Assembly: GCA_011605725.1 (NCBI GenBank)
Contig: JAAOZP010000017.1
Span: forward strand, 160,001 to 224,000
DNA: 64,000 bases
Origin: Nitrososphaerota archaeon
GTDB lineage: Archaea; Thermoproteota; EX4484-205; JAAOZP01
Direction: 5' to 3'
The notes beneath the pieces were generated by a model, which ran no database searches, was not told the DNA's origin, and was given only the letters and a program-made list of their open reading frames with translations. Shown here one piece after another: positions 29,154 through 39,302 of the stretch. Each line of letters starts with the position of its first letter. Positions within the stretch are counted from its first letter, which is position 1. Position numbers and translations under genes: made by a program.

Positions 29154-30179
29154 ATGAGAATAGGAGTATTGACAGGGGGAGGAGACGCACCAGGGTTAAA
29201 CGCAGTAATACGTGCTGTTTTGAAGCGTGCTGAGCATTACGGTTTCGAGGTTATCGGTATTAAGTACGGCTGGGCTGGGCTGCTGAACATGGATACTGTA
29301 CCGTTGAAATATAGCGATGTTGAGGATAAGATTGGCGAGGCTGGAACCGTGATTAAAACCTCCAGAACGAATCCTGCGAAGGACGAGGCTACGATGAATA
29401 AATGCGTAGAGAACTTTAGGAAGCTTGGTCTTGATGCTTTAATCGCCATCGGCGGCGACGATACTCTTACCGCTGCGAGGAAGCTTCACGAAGCCGGTTT
29501 GAAAGTAGTTGGTGTTCCAAAGACTATTGACAACGATCTCAAAGGTACAGATTACACTTTCGGCTTCGACACGGCGGTTAATGCCGCTATGCATGCTATC
29601 GAGTCTTTGAAGACTACCGCTAGATCGCATGACAGAGTAATGGTTGTCGAGATTATGGGTAGGCACGCGGGCTGGATAGCACTCTACTCTGGACTCGCCG
29701 CCGGAGCCGACTTAATTCTGATTCCTGAGGAGCCCTTCAAGATAAGCGACGTGGTGGAGTTTGTCAAGAGGAAAAAGCCTGAGAAGGGTAGTTTAACCAT
29801 TGTTGTTGCAGAAGGTGCCTTAATCGAGGATTATAAGGGTCCGATAACGAAGGATGTTAAGGTTGACCAGTATGGCCACGTGTATCTAGGCGGCATAGGA
29901 GAGTTTCTAGCTAAAGAGATTGAGAAGGCCACTGGCTTCGAGACTAGGGCAGTCGTCCCAGCACACATTATAAGAGGGATGTCTCCAACAGCTTTCGACA
30001 GGGTTCTAGCCACGAGGCTCGGATATGCTGCCGTGGAACTTGTAAGGCAAGGTGTTTTCGGGAAAATGGTCGGGTTAAGAGGAACCGAGATTGTGAGCAT
30101 AGACCTCTCCGAAGCCGTTGCGGAAACAAAGCTTGTCGACAAGTCCCTGATAGAGCTTAAGAATGCACTGACGTCTTAA
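29154..30179 (+). CDS. PfkA-family 6-phosphofructokinase, probably PPi-dependent
   Basis: TGGGDAPGLN, GGDDT, PKTIDND, MGRHAG. Confidence 0.9.
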   Translation: MRIGVLTGGGDAPGLNAVIRAVLKRAEHYGFEVIGIKYGWAGLLNMDTVPLKYSDVEDKIGEAGTVIKTSRTNPAKDEATMNKCVENFRKLGLDALIAIGGDDTLTAARKLHEAGLKVVGVPKTIDNDLKGTDYTFGFDTAVNAAMHAIESLKTTARSHDRVMVVEIMGRHAGWIALYSGLAAGADLILIPEEPFKISDVVEFVKRKKPEKGSLTIVVAEGALIEDYKGPITKDVKVDQYGHVYLGGIGEFLAKEIEKATGFETRAVVPAHIIRGMSPTAFDRVLATRLGYAAVELVRQGVFGKMVGLRGTEIVSIDLSEAVAETKLVDKSLIELKNALTS

Positions 30180-30531
30180 GGCTTCTACTGGAAATCATTG
30201 GGCGTGTTTCTGGGGGAAAATCGAATAAGTTGAACGAAAAACACGTAGAACCGGGGGTTCACATCCGGCCGCTTACGATGAGACTCAGTAGCCTTAGTTA
30301 GCGCGCGAGCATTGGAATGTTCGTTTAAAGCTGGTGAGTCTCAATGATTTCGGAGAGGTCTATGCTGGAATCACGCTAAAAAAGATAGTGCGCGCTTAAT
30401 ACTGACCTACGGTCAGGAAGACGGTCAGGAAGTTGAGAAGCAACACGGCGCATCAGCGCGCTGAGGCAAATGCTTGGAGGGAACAAAGTAAAGCTTAATA
30501 ATTTGTTAATCTTAACTTATTGTTAAGATAA

Positions 30532-31272
30532 TTGTGGCTGCCTGCTTGGCTTGGAGAGGTTTATTCGAGGCTTTTCCTAGAGTTTGGAGTAGAATTGTTC
30601 ACGCATAGGGATGCTTTAGAGCATCTAGAAATGGATGAAAACAGGGTTTCAGTAGCTTTAAGCAGGCTTCACAAGAACAGGGTTCTACTGGTTTTCGACG
30701 AGGGTAGACCCAGGCGGTACAGGCTTCTCGACCCAAATGGCTTCATACTGCTCGCCTCAGGGGCCGTGAGGAACCTGGACAGAGTTCCACAGGAGAGGTA
30801 TGTTAAGTTGTTGTGTGACTTTTTCCAGGTTCTTTCACGCTTCCTAAGGCTGACATCCTTAGCTGTATACGGCTCTGTCGCCCGTGGGACAGCTGGAGAG
30901 AACAGCGACATAGACCTGCTTATTGTTTCAAACGATTTCTCCGGAAGTATTGGGAGGAGGATTGAAATGCTCTTTAGACTGGAGGAGAAGATTGTAGACG
31001 AGTTGGCATGGCTTAGGAGGCACGGCGTCTACACTGGTTTCAGCTTCTACCCTCTGACTGAAGAAGAGGCCTCCGGGAGGCCTTTGCTCTTCCTCGACAT
31101 GACTGAGGACGCTGTCATACTTTACGATAAGGATAGGTTTCTTGAAAGGGTGTTGACGGAGTTTAAAGCTGAGCTGCTCAGACTCGGTGCCAAGAGGGTT
31201 TTCCTCGATAAGGAGAACTGGTACTGGGATCTAAAACCCGGCTATAGGTTTGGGGAGAAGATAATGGTTTGA
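30532..31272 (+). CDS. MNT nucleotidyltransferase antitoxin with N-terminal wHTH-like extension
   Basis: YGSVARG..SDIDL; overlaps downstream HEPN gene by 4 nt. Confidence 0.85.
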   Translation: MWLPAWLGEVYSRLFLEFGVELFTHRDALEHLEMDENRVSVALSRLHKNRVLLVFDEGRPRRYRLLDPNGFILLASGAVRNLDRVPQERYVKLLCDFFQVLSRFLRLTSLAVYGSVARGTAGENSDIDLLIVSNDFSGSIGRRIEMLFRLEEKIVDELAWLRRHGVYTGFSFYPLTEEEASGRPLLFLDMTEDAVILYDKDRFLERVLTEFKAELLRLGAKRVFLDKENWYWDLKPGYRFGEKIMV

Positions 31273-31694
31273 GGCTCGTCAAGATTGCTCAATCATACTT
31301 GAAGCAGGCTGAGGCTAGACTCAGTGATGCTGAAGACGCTTACAGAGAGGGGAATCATCCTTATGCTGTGAGGCTGAGCCAAGAGTGTGTCGAGCTTTCT
31401 CTTAAAGCAGTGCTTAAGGCGGTTGGCATAGAGTACCCGAAGGTGCATGATGTTTCAGACGTCCTTCTAAGTGTTAAACAGAGATTTCCAGAATGGTTTC
31501 AAAGAGAGTTGAACCATCTTTCCGAATCCTCAAAGATTCTGGTTAAGAAGAGGGAGTTGAGCTTCTACGGCGGTGAGGAAGCGTTTCTCTCTCCGGATGA
31601 AGTAATAGGTAAGGATGATGCTAAGGATGCTGTTGAGAGGGCTGGGAAGGCTTTCACCCTTTGCAGGAAACTGGTTAAGGAGCTTGAAGACTAG
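31269..31694 (+). CDS. HEPN domain toxin
   Basis: AVRLSQECVELSLKA, YPKVHDV, RELSFYG. Confidence 0.88.
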   Translation: MRLVKIAQSYLKQAEARLSDAEDAYREGNHPYAVRLSQECVELSLKAVLKAVGIEYPKVHDVSDVLLSVKQRFPEWFQRELNHLSESSKILVKKRELSFYGGEEAFLSPDEVIGKDDAKDAVERAGKAFTLCRKLVKELED

Positions 31695-31794
31695 GGGGTG
31701 TTCGAAAAGCTTTATCGCCGAACCATATAGAACGCGGACCTACAGCAATTGCTTGTAGCTGTTAATTTCATAAATAACTTTAATCGCGCGCCTT

Positions 31795-33057
31795 TTAATC
31801 CTGGTTTACCAACGGCTTCCAATAGAAGTTTCTCTCGTTGAAAGAAGCGTCAAGCTTAATCTCCCCCAGCTTAACAGTATCGAAGCCTGTTGCTAACGGT
31901 GTTTTCACGGTCACCTCGCTGCTGCTTAGAGACTCTATTATGCCCACTCCAATAATTCTGCCCTCTCTCCCCAAGCCGACTAGAAGCCCCTTCTCCCATC
32001 CCTCTCCCAGCACGATGACCCTTTTACCACCCAAGTTAAGCATGACAGGCTCCTCAACATCATCCCTAATCCTTACGTAAAGCATACCCATGTAAAGCTT
32101 GGCTTCCAATGCTTCGAAGCCGAGCTTCCTCAGCTCCTCAGGTGCTTGAGCAGGCTCGCCTTTCAAGAAGGGATGGTTCAGGAAAACAGTTTCGCTCAAA
32201 AGCTTCTTAACCAGCCTGGGTCTTGCGAAATGCCTCCTATAATTCATTATCCTGATTGTTCTCCTATGCATTCTGCTCCTCCTCTTCACGTACCTAGACT
32301 TCTCAACCTGAATCACTCTAGTGCCTGGGTCAACACTCCTGGTGAACACCAAGGCTTTCTCCCCCTCGAGTAAAGATAACACGAAGCTTGGTTTAACGGC
32401 ACGGATAAGCTCTGCTTTAAAACTTAGGCCTTTCGAGTCAACCCAGCCATCAGTGTTTAAAACTATTTTCCCAATCCCCCTTTCCGTAAGCCTTCTTAAC
32501 ACCGTGGCGACAGCTTCCTCCAATTCTTTAACCCCGGATTCCGGAGCCGTGAAGCCTACGAACTCTATGACCTCAGGCCTAACCTGACTCAAGTCACTTA
32601 AACCCTTGTTCACTACCCCACCACTAACCGTGCCGGGTATTCCGAGATCATTCTGCCCAGGGTCGGAATCGACGATTCCAACTTCCCCCTGGAAGTTAAG
32701 ATAGTAGTTAACCAAGAAGGTCGCTAGACTCGTCTTACCAGAGTCAGCCTCGCCGACAACCATCACGACACCCCTCTCCTCAACAGCAGTCTTCGCAGCG
32801 GCTTCAAGCCAGCTACCAGGTATTGTGGAACCGTCTACCACGCGGTAGTTGTTACCTTCAACAATGAGGCTGGCTTCAGACTGCTCAGCGTAGAAAGGCG
32901 TCCGCCTGAAGCCTCTTACCTTCACCCAGCTGCCCTCTGCAAACACGGCTCCCATCACGTTAACCATGCCACTGACCACTTGCACTGTAGCCGGCCCGTC
33001 TACCAGGAGAGTTTTCCCCACTCGGAGAAGGATTCTCTGTCTCACAGTTTTTTCCAC
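31795..33057 (-). CDS. Clp1/Grc3-like polynucleotide 5'-hydroxyl kinase
   Basis: VGEADSGKTS, DSDPGQ, NTDGW, RRTIR. Confidence 0.88.
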   Translation of the reverse strand: MEKTVRQRILLRVGKTLLVDGPATVQVVSGMVNVMGAVFAEGSWVKVRGFRRTPFYAEQSEASLIVEGNNYRVVDGSTIPGSWLEAAAKTAVEERGVVMVVGEADSGKTSLATFLVNYYLNFQGEVGIVDSDPGQNDLGIPGTVSGGVVNKGLSDLSQVRPEVIEFVGFTAPESGVKELEEAVATVLRRLTERGIGKIVLNTDGWVDSKGLSFKAELIRAVKPSFVLSLLEGEKALVFTRSVDPGTRVIQVEKSRYVKRRSRMHRRTIRIMNYRRHFARPRLVKKLLSETVFLNHPFLKGEPAQAPEELRKLGFEALEAKLYMGMLYVRIRDDVEEPVMLNLGGKRVIVLGEGWEKGLLVGLGREGRIIGVGIIESLSSSEVTVKTPLATGFDTVKLGEIKLDASFNERNFYWKPLVNQD

Positions 33058-33156
33058 CCTTCCAGCGTTTTAACCGTTGAGGATGATTATTTATGTTTAA
33101 ACACGGGAAGACCATGAGAAACTTTTTAAAGACCTTTTTGCCTCAAGCCCAAGTAA

Positions 33157-34410
33157 TTGTCGGAGAAAAGCCTTGCGGAAGAAGTCTTCGAAATAGTTAG
33201 GGAACACCATGCTTTCAGAAGCTGCTCGCTGAACCTTATCGCAAGTGAAAACATTACGAGTAGGGAGGTTAGGAGGCTTTTAACCTGCGACATGGGGCAT
33301 AGGTATGCAGTAGGATTTCTTTACGAAAGAATGTACAGGGGCTGCGAATACATAGATAAGCTTGAAGAGCTAACTCATTTCCTAGCTAGGAAACTCTTCA
33401 GGGTTGAGCATGTCAACACGTTGCCGGTTTCAGGAACTGTTGCAAACATCGTTGCCATAGGTGCTTTCACAAGGCCCGGAGACACCATGATGGGGTTGAG
33501 CGTGATGGACGGGGGCCACAGCAGTTTCAGAGAGGTTTCAAGGTATCACGGGGTAAGCATGGTTCCAATCCCGTTCAACGCTGAAGAGTATAATATTGAT
33601 GTCGACCAGACTAGGAAAATGATTGCAAAAGTTATGCCGAAAATGGTTATGCTCGGAGCATCTGAACTCCTGTTCCCACAGCCGGTTAAAGAGATTTCTG
33701 AGACTGCTTCAAACGTCGGCGCGACTGTTGTCTACGATGCTGCTCACGTCTTAGGCCTGGTGGCAGGAGGCTGCTTCCAAGACCCGTTGAGAGAGGGCGC
33801 GGAAGTCGTGACGGGAAGTACCCATAAAACCTTCTTCGGCCCGCAGGGAGGCATAATTCTCTGTAAAAGGCAGCATGGTGAAAACATAGACAGGGTTGCT
33901 CTAAGCATGATAAACAACCATCACATAAACAGGGTTGCAGCACTAGCGTACACGCTTGCAGAGTTCCTTGCTTTCGGGCAGGAATATTCTAGAATGGTTG
34001 TGAGCAATGCTCAAGCCCTTGCCGAATCGCTCTACAACAACGGGATTAACGTGATATGTGCAGACAAGGGTTTCACCAGGTCGCATCAAGTAATATTCAG
34101 AGTTGAAGAGGGCACCGCCCTAGAGGTTTCTAAAAGCCTTGAGAAGGCTAACATAATAACGAGCATGACTCCTCTTCCAACAGACAAGTCTGAAGCAATG
34201 GCGAGCGGCATAAGGCTTGGAGTGCAGGAGGTTACGCGGCTTGGAATGGGTAGGGACGAGATGTCTCTCATCGGAAGCTTAATAGCAAGGGTTGTGAAAT
34301 CCCCGGATTCAACAAGCGATGTTAAAGAGGAGGTTAAGGATCTGGTGGGCAGGTTCAGAAGCATCCATTATACTTTCAGCGACAACGAGCCAGCTTACGA
34401 GTGGGATTAG
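33157..34410 (+). CDS. glyA: Serine hydroxymethyltransferase
   Basis: LNLIASEN, GGH, DAAH, STHKTFFGPQGG, SGIRLG. Confidence 0.93.
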   Translation: MSEKSLAEEVFEIVREHHAFRSCSLNLIASENITSREVRRLLTCDMGHRYAVGFLYERMYRGCEYIDKLEELTHFLARKLFRVEHVNTLPVSGTVANIVAIGAFTRPGDTMMGLSVMDGGHSSFREVSRYHGVSMVPIPFNAEEYNIDVDQTRKMIAKVMPKMVMLGASELLFPQPVKEISETASNVGATVVYDAAHVLGLVAGGCFQDPLREGAEVVTGSTHKTFFGPQGGIILCKRQHGENIDRVALSMINNHHINRVAALAYTLAEFLAFGQEYSRMVVSNAQALAESLYNNGINVICADKGFTRSHQVIFRVEEGTALEVSKSLEKANIITSMTPLPTDKSEAMASGIRLGVQEVTRLGMGRDEMSLIGSLIARVVKSPDSTSDVKEEVKDLVGRFRSIHYTFSDNEPAYEWD

Positions 34411-34475
34411 GAAGAAACTTCACACGGGTCTGCATAGTTAAAACAAGTCTCGTAGGCAGAATTCTTTGTTAAGCC

Positions 34476-35693
34476 TCAGGCTTTTTTCGCAACAGGCTTT
34501 AACCCGACGAGCGTAACAGTTAAGCCGGCGGCTGTTAACAGTGCAGTCACCGGAAGCACAGACAAGTATGTTCCAGTAACGTCTCTGAGAAACCCAGACA
34601 TGAACGTGCCTACTATTGCTCCGGCTCCGTAGGCTGTGAACACGAGGCCATAGTTTTCCGAGTAGTATTTGCTGCCGAAAAATATTTTCGTTATTGTCGG
34701 GGCCATCGCCAGCCATCCGCCTAGGTTTAGCCAAAGCATGCTGAAGAACACTAGGTATACTAACGGGTTTCCCTCTCCAAATAAGTATAGGACGATTGCT
34801 GAGGCGAAAACCATTGTGAAAGACAGTAGAGCACTCCTCCTGGGGCCAAGCCTATCGGTGACCACTCCGAACACTGGTCTTCCGACACCGTTGAAAACTG
34901 AGAACAACGATATTGAGAACGCTGTCAAAGTGGTGTCAAGCCTAGCAACCTCGATTCCGAATGGCGAGGCTATTCCAACAGCCATCAGACCAGACATGCA
35001 GCCGACCATGTATGAGAACCATAAGGCGTAGAAGCTTTTGGTTCGAACCATCTGGCTCATCCTTAGGTCTCCGCCTGACTGGGTGCTGAAGGTCTGCGTG
35101 GAGCCAGTGGCTGAGGAAGCATACTCTTTCGACGGGAATCTCAGAGGCAGGGAGAGAACAGTTAGAAGCACTAGGAAAGCAGACCCAGAGTAAAGGAAGG
35201 CTTGCAGAGGCCCTACTGTTTTTATGAGGCTGGTGAGGACAGGAGCCATTAATAAGCTGGAAAGCCCGAAGCCCATTACAGTTAAACCTATGGCTAGGCC
35301 GCTTCTCCTGGGGAACCATGCTGCGGTTACTGCTATTGGGCAGCCGTAGACAATCCCGACGCCCGCCCCGCCAACCACCCCGTAGAGCACTGTCAGAACC
35401 TCTATGTTTGGTGAAAACCCTGCGCCAATCCATCCGGCGGCTACTAGAATGCTCCCTAGGAGGCTTGTTTTCCTCGGCCCCCATTTACGGATTAAACTGC
35501 CTGCAACAGCCATCATTACCGCGAAAACAGCTAGGAAAACCATGAACGGTAAACCACTTTGTGTAGCACTGATCTTCCAAAGGTCTTCCAAGGGTTTCCT
35601 GAAGACGCTGAAAGAATAGATTGCTCCAAGACACAGGTTCACTAGAAACCCGGTGGCAACTAGGAACCATCCTGCTTTCTCCGAACTACCCAT
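34476..35693 (-). CDS. OFA-family (oxalate/formate antiporter-like) MFS transporter
   Basis: About 12 TM, GAIYSFSVF, WFP.RSGLA.G, FNGVGRP.FG..TD, ENYGLVFTAYG. Confidence 0.88.
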   Translation of the reverse strand: MGSSEKAGWFLVATGFLVNLCLGAIYSFSVFRKPLEDLWKISATQSGLPFMVFLAVFAVMMAVAGSLIRKWGPRKTSLLGSILVAAGWIGAGFSPNIEVLTVLYGVVGGAGVGIVYGCPIAVTAAWFPRRSGLAIGLTVMGFGLSSLLMAPVLTSLIKTVGPLQAFLYSGSAFLVLLTVLSLPLRFPSKEYASSATGSTQTFSTQSGGDLRMSQMVRTKSFYALWFSYMVGCMSGLMAVGIASPFGIEVARLDTTLTAFSISLFSVFNGVGRPVFGVVTDRLGPRRSALLSFTMVFASAIVLYLFGEGNPLVYLVFFSMLWLNLGGWLAMAPTITKIFFGSKYYSENYGLVFTAYGAGAIVGTFMSGFLRDVTGTYLSVLPVTALLTAAGLTVTLVGLKPVAKKA

Positions 35694-35724
35694 TTATTCT
35701 CTTCCCCTTCCAGATGGATACCTA

Positions 35725-37761
35725 CTATTTTCTCGCCTGAAGAGCCTCCTGTATCATCCTGTATGCTTCCGCAGCCTCTTTCACAGCAGTATCGTCCTCC
35801 AACGTTGTGACGTCTCCCAAAGGCCTGTTGGAGACCACGGCTCTCAGAAGCCTCCTCATTATCTTGCCACTCCTAGTTTTAGGAACAGTGTTGATGAAGA
35901 CTATGATCGCGTCTGAAGCGACTAGAGGCCCTATGGTTGTTCTCAAGTGCATTTTCAACTCTTTCTCAAGCTCAGGTGTGCCAGTATAACCATGCTTAAG
36001 AACAGTGAATATCATCGGAACCTCTCCCTTCAGTTCATCAGGCTTCCCGACGCATGCGGCTTCTGAAACAGCCGGGTGCATAACCATCGCCGACTCAACC
36101 TCAGCCGTCCCTATCCTGTGGCCGGCAACCTTAATGACGTCGTCAGCCCTGCCGAGAATCCAGAAATACCCGTCAGGATCCTTAACAGCGTAGTCACCAG
36201 TCCAGAAGCATCCTTCCCACCTCTTCCAGTATACCTCGACATACCTGTTCGGATCCTTGTAGAGCGTCATGAGCATACCCGGCCAAGGCGTCTTTAAAAC
36301 GAAGTAGCCCCTTACGCCAGGAGGACACGGGTTTCCATCCTCATCTATAACGTCTGCCTTCACCCCTGGAATCGTGTACCCGTTTGTCCCTGGTTTGAGC
36401 GGGAATATTCTTCCAAGCCCAGGGAAGTGGCCTGTAAGTATGTGCCCGGTTTCGGTCATCCACCAAGTGCTGGAGCAGACCACATTACTTTTACAAACCT
36501 TCATGAAGAGCCATCTGAAGGCTTCTGGGTTTATCGGTTCTCCGACAGTATGCACAATCCTGAGAGTTGACAAGTCGTGCTTACTCACATACTCCTCCGG
36601 GAACCTCATCAGCATCCTAACGGCGGTTGGAGCAGTGTAGAAAATAGTTACCCCGTAACGCTCAATTATGCTCCACCATCTGTCTGGAGCCGGGTAGTCT
36701 GGAGCACCTTCATACATAAGGGTTGTGGCTCCAACCATTAGAGGCCCGTAAACTATGTAGGAGTGTCCAGTTACCCAGCCTATGTCGGCAGTACACCAGT
36801 AGATATCGTCATCCTTAACGTCGAAAATCATTTTCATCGTCGCATACAGGCCGACGGCGTAGCCGCCAACTGGTGACTGAGTACCCTTAGGAGCTCCAGT
36901 CGTACCGGAAGTATAGAGAACGTAGGAGAAGTCGTCAGACGGGCAGGGCACTGTCTCAACGCTAGCGTTCTCAGGAACATCTGCGATCAACTCATGGTGC
37001 CAAACATCCCTCTTACTGTCAAAAGGAATATCCGTCCTATCCGTCCTCCTGACGACGACAACCTTCTCAATCCGGTAGCCCCTGCTCTCAAGTATTTTTA
37101 CAGCCTCATCCACAATCTCCTTCAGCTTCACTATCTTCCCCCTCCTGTAGAGGCCGTCTGCAGTAACTATTATTCTTGAGCCAGCCGCCTCCACCCTGTC
37201 GGCCACGGCGACAGCGCTGAACCCGCTGTAGACTATGCTATGTTTCACACCTATCCTTTGAACAGCAAGCATGTATAACGGGAGCTCCGGGATCATTGGC
37301 AGGTAGAAGGTTAATACTTCCCCCTTGTTCACGTTCAGCTTCCGCCGGAGGGCGAGGGCAATCTTGTTAGAAACCCTGTAAAGGTCGTAGTATGTGAATT
37401 TCCTGACTTCCCTAGGGGCTCCAGTGGCCTCGTCAACAGGCTCACCCTCCCATATTAAGGCAAGCTTGTTCTTCCTACCGCTTTGAATCTGCCAATCAGT
37501 ACAAAGATAGGCTAGGTTCGTCTCCCCTCCTACGAACCACCTGTAGAACGGCGGGTTACTGTCGTCAAGAACCCTGTCCCACTTTTTCATCCAGGGCAGC
37601 TGCTCAGCCCACTTGCTCCACCATTTTTCAATAGCCGTCTTATCCTTAACCGTCTCCTCGTGGAAGCTTTTAAAATCCTCAGGGTCCCAAACCCTGTCTT
37701 TCCAGGAAGGTGGAACTATGTACTCTTTAAACTCTCTGTAGATTTCTGGTTTTTCTCCCAT
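35725..37761 (-). CDS. acs: AMP-forming acetyl-CoA synthetase
   Basis: YTSGTTGAPKG, DIGWVTGHSY, WWMTETG, PKTRSGKIMRR; start re-assigned to ATG 37761. Confidence 0.92.
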   Translation of the reverse strand: MGEKPEIYREFKEYIVPPSWKDRVWDPEDFKSFHEETVKDKTAIEKWWSKWAEQLPWMKKWDRVLDDSNPPFYRWFVGGETNLAYLCTDWQIQSGRKNKLALIWEGEPVDEATGAPREVRKFTYYDLYRVSNKIALALRRKLNVNKGEVLTFYLPMIPELPLYMLAVQRIGVKHSIVYSGFSAVAVADRVEAAGSRIIVTADGLYRRGKIVKLKEIVDEAVKILESRGYRIEKVVVVRRTDRTDIPFDSKRDVWHHELIADVPENASVETVPCPSDDFSYVLYTSGTTGAPKGTQSPVGGYAVGLYATMKMIFDVKDDDIYWCTADIGWVTGHSYIVYGPLMVGATTLMYEGAPDYPAPDRWWSIIERYGVTIFYTAPTAVRMLMRFPEEYVSKHDLSTLRIVHTVGEPINPEAFRWLFMKVCKSNVVCSSTWWMTETGHILTGHFPGLGRIFPLKPGTNGYTIPGVKADVIDEDGNPCPPGVRGYFVLKTPWPGMLMTLYKDPNRYVEVYWKRWEGCFWTGDYAVKDPDGYFWILGRADDVIKVAGHRIGTAEVESAMVMHPAVSEAACVGKPDELKGEVPMIFTVLKHGYTGTPELEKELKMHLRTTIGPLVASDAIIVFINTVPKTRSGKIMRRLLRAVVSNRPLGDVTTLEDDTAVKEAAEAYRMIQEALQARK

Positions 37762-37983
37762 GTTTCCTCGGCTCACACGATTTAAAACGACGCTTTTTAA
37801 ATGTTTCCCGTCGAAAAACTGGAACAAACCTTGGAATAAACCTGCACGGATAGGGTTTGCTTCCCCGGTTTCCCGCTTTCCGGCCGGAATAATGCTTTAA
37901 GAAGGAGCATGCTGTTTTCCAGCATTCCACAGGGAAGAAGGAAGAGCTTAAAAAGACCGTAGACGTTTCTCAAGAGATGCAGA

Positions 37984-39198
37984 ATGGCTTTAAGGTTCAA
38001 GACGATTGATGATTTCGACTTCAACGGGAAAACCGTTATCCTGAGGGTTGACATAAACTCTCCATTGGACCCTCAAACGCTGGAGATAATCGACGACTCC
38101 AGGATAAGGGAGCATTCTGAAACCATAAGGGAGCTCCTCCGTAGGAACGCGAAGGTTGTGATTCTCGGCCACCAAGGTAGGAAGGGTGATCCTGATTACA
38201 CTGATTTAAGCAGGCATTACAGAGCCATGTTAAAGTATGTTCCAAACCTAAAATACGTGAATGACATCATAGGGTTGAACGCTGTTAAAACTATAAAGGA
38301 GCTGAAACCCGGCGAAGCTGTTTTGCTGGAAAACGTTAGGACGCTGGACGAGGAGACTGAGACGAAGACCGCTGAGGAGCATGCCAAGGGAATGCTGGTT
38401 TCAACACTAGCACCGCTGGCAGACATCTTCGTTAACGATGCTTTCTCAGCATCGCACAGGGCTCATGCTTCAGTAATAGGGTTCACAGCAGTACTTCCAT
38501 CAGCAGCCGGCAGGGTTATGGAGAGAGAGTTGAGGGCTCTAGAGAAGGTTGTCGACAATCCTTCTAAACCGTGTCTTTATGTTCTAGGGGGAGCTAAGGC
38601 AAAGGAGACTTTTAAAGTGATTGAAAACGTTCTTGACAAGGGTATTGCCGACAAGGTTCTGCTGGGAGGAATGATAGCGCAAGTATTCCATGAGGCTGCT
38701 GGCTTCAGGCTTGGCACCATTAACTCTAAGTTAATAGAGGAGAAGGGTCTTGGCAAGTTCCGGGAGACAGCTTCAAAAATCTTAGGCAAACATTCTCAAA
38801 ACATAATGCTTCCGTATGATTACGCTGTCGACGTTAACGGAGAGAGGGTTGAATACATGGTTTCCCAACTGCCAGTTGAACACCTGTTGAAGGACATAGG
38901 AACCGAGACGATAAGGGTTTTCTCAAGAGAATTGCAGAAAGCCAGCACAATCGTCTTCAACGGTCCCGTCGGAGTATTCGAGGAAGATGCTTTCGCGAAA
39001 GGCACTTTAGAGCTGTATAGGGCAGCGGCTTCTTCAAAGGCTTTCACCGTCGTGGGTGGAGGCCACTCGATATCAGCGCTTGAAAAAGCTGGAGTATACG
39101 ATAAGATTGGTTTCGTAAGCACTGCTGGAGGAGCCTTAATAAGCTACTTATCCGGAGAGAAGCTTCCCGGGGTTGAAGCATTGAAGACTCAGCAATAG
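37984..39198 (+). CDS. pgk: Phosphoglycerate kinase
   Basis: RVDINSP, HQGR, LLENVR, NDAF.ASHR, GGAK, GGGH, STAGGA. Confidence 0.96.
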   Translation: MALRFKTIDDFDFNGKTVILRVDINSPLDPQTLEIIDDSRIREHSETIRELLRRNAKVVILGHQGRKGDPDYTDLSRHYRAMLKYVPNLKYVNDIIGLNAVKTIKELKPGEAVLLENVRTLDEETETKTAEEHAKGMLVSTLAPLADIFVNDAFSASHRAHASVIGFTAVLPSAAGRVMERELRALEKVVDNPSKPCLYVLGGAKAKETFKVIENVLDKGIADKVLLGGMIAQVFHEAAGFRLGTINSKLIEEKGLGKFRETASKILGKHSQNIMLPYDYAVDVNGERVEYMVSQLPVEHLLKDIGTETIRVFSRELQKASTIVFNGPVGVFEEDAFAKGTLELYRAAASSKAFTVVGGGHSISALEKAGVYDKIGFVSTAGGALISYLSGEKLPGVEALKTQQ

Positions 39199-39302
39199 CC
39201 TAGTTGACCACCCGTTTTTTTAAAAAGTAGCGCGCGACAAAACGATTCTCAAGATTCGGAAAACCGTTTCGAAGGCTTAAGCATCCCTGTGAATGTTTAT
39301 TG

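Noticed and set aside
31795-33057. Clp1-like kinase as a partner of the mRNA intron
   Set aside because: It is ~7 kb away, not co-transcribed, and a common archaeal gene; proximity alone is not evidence.
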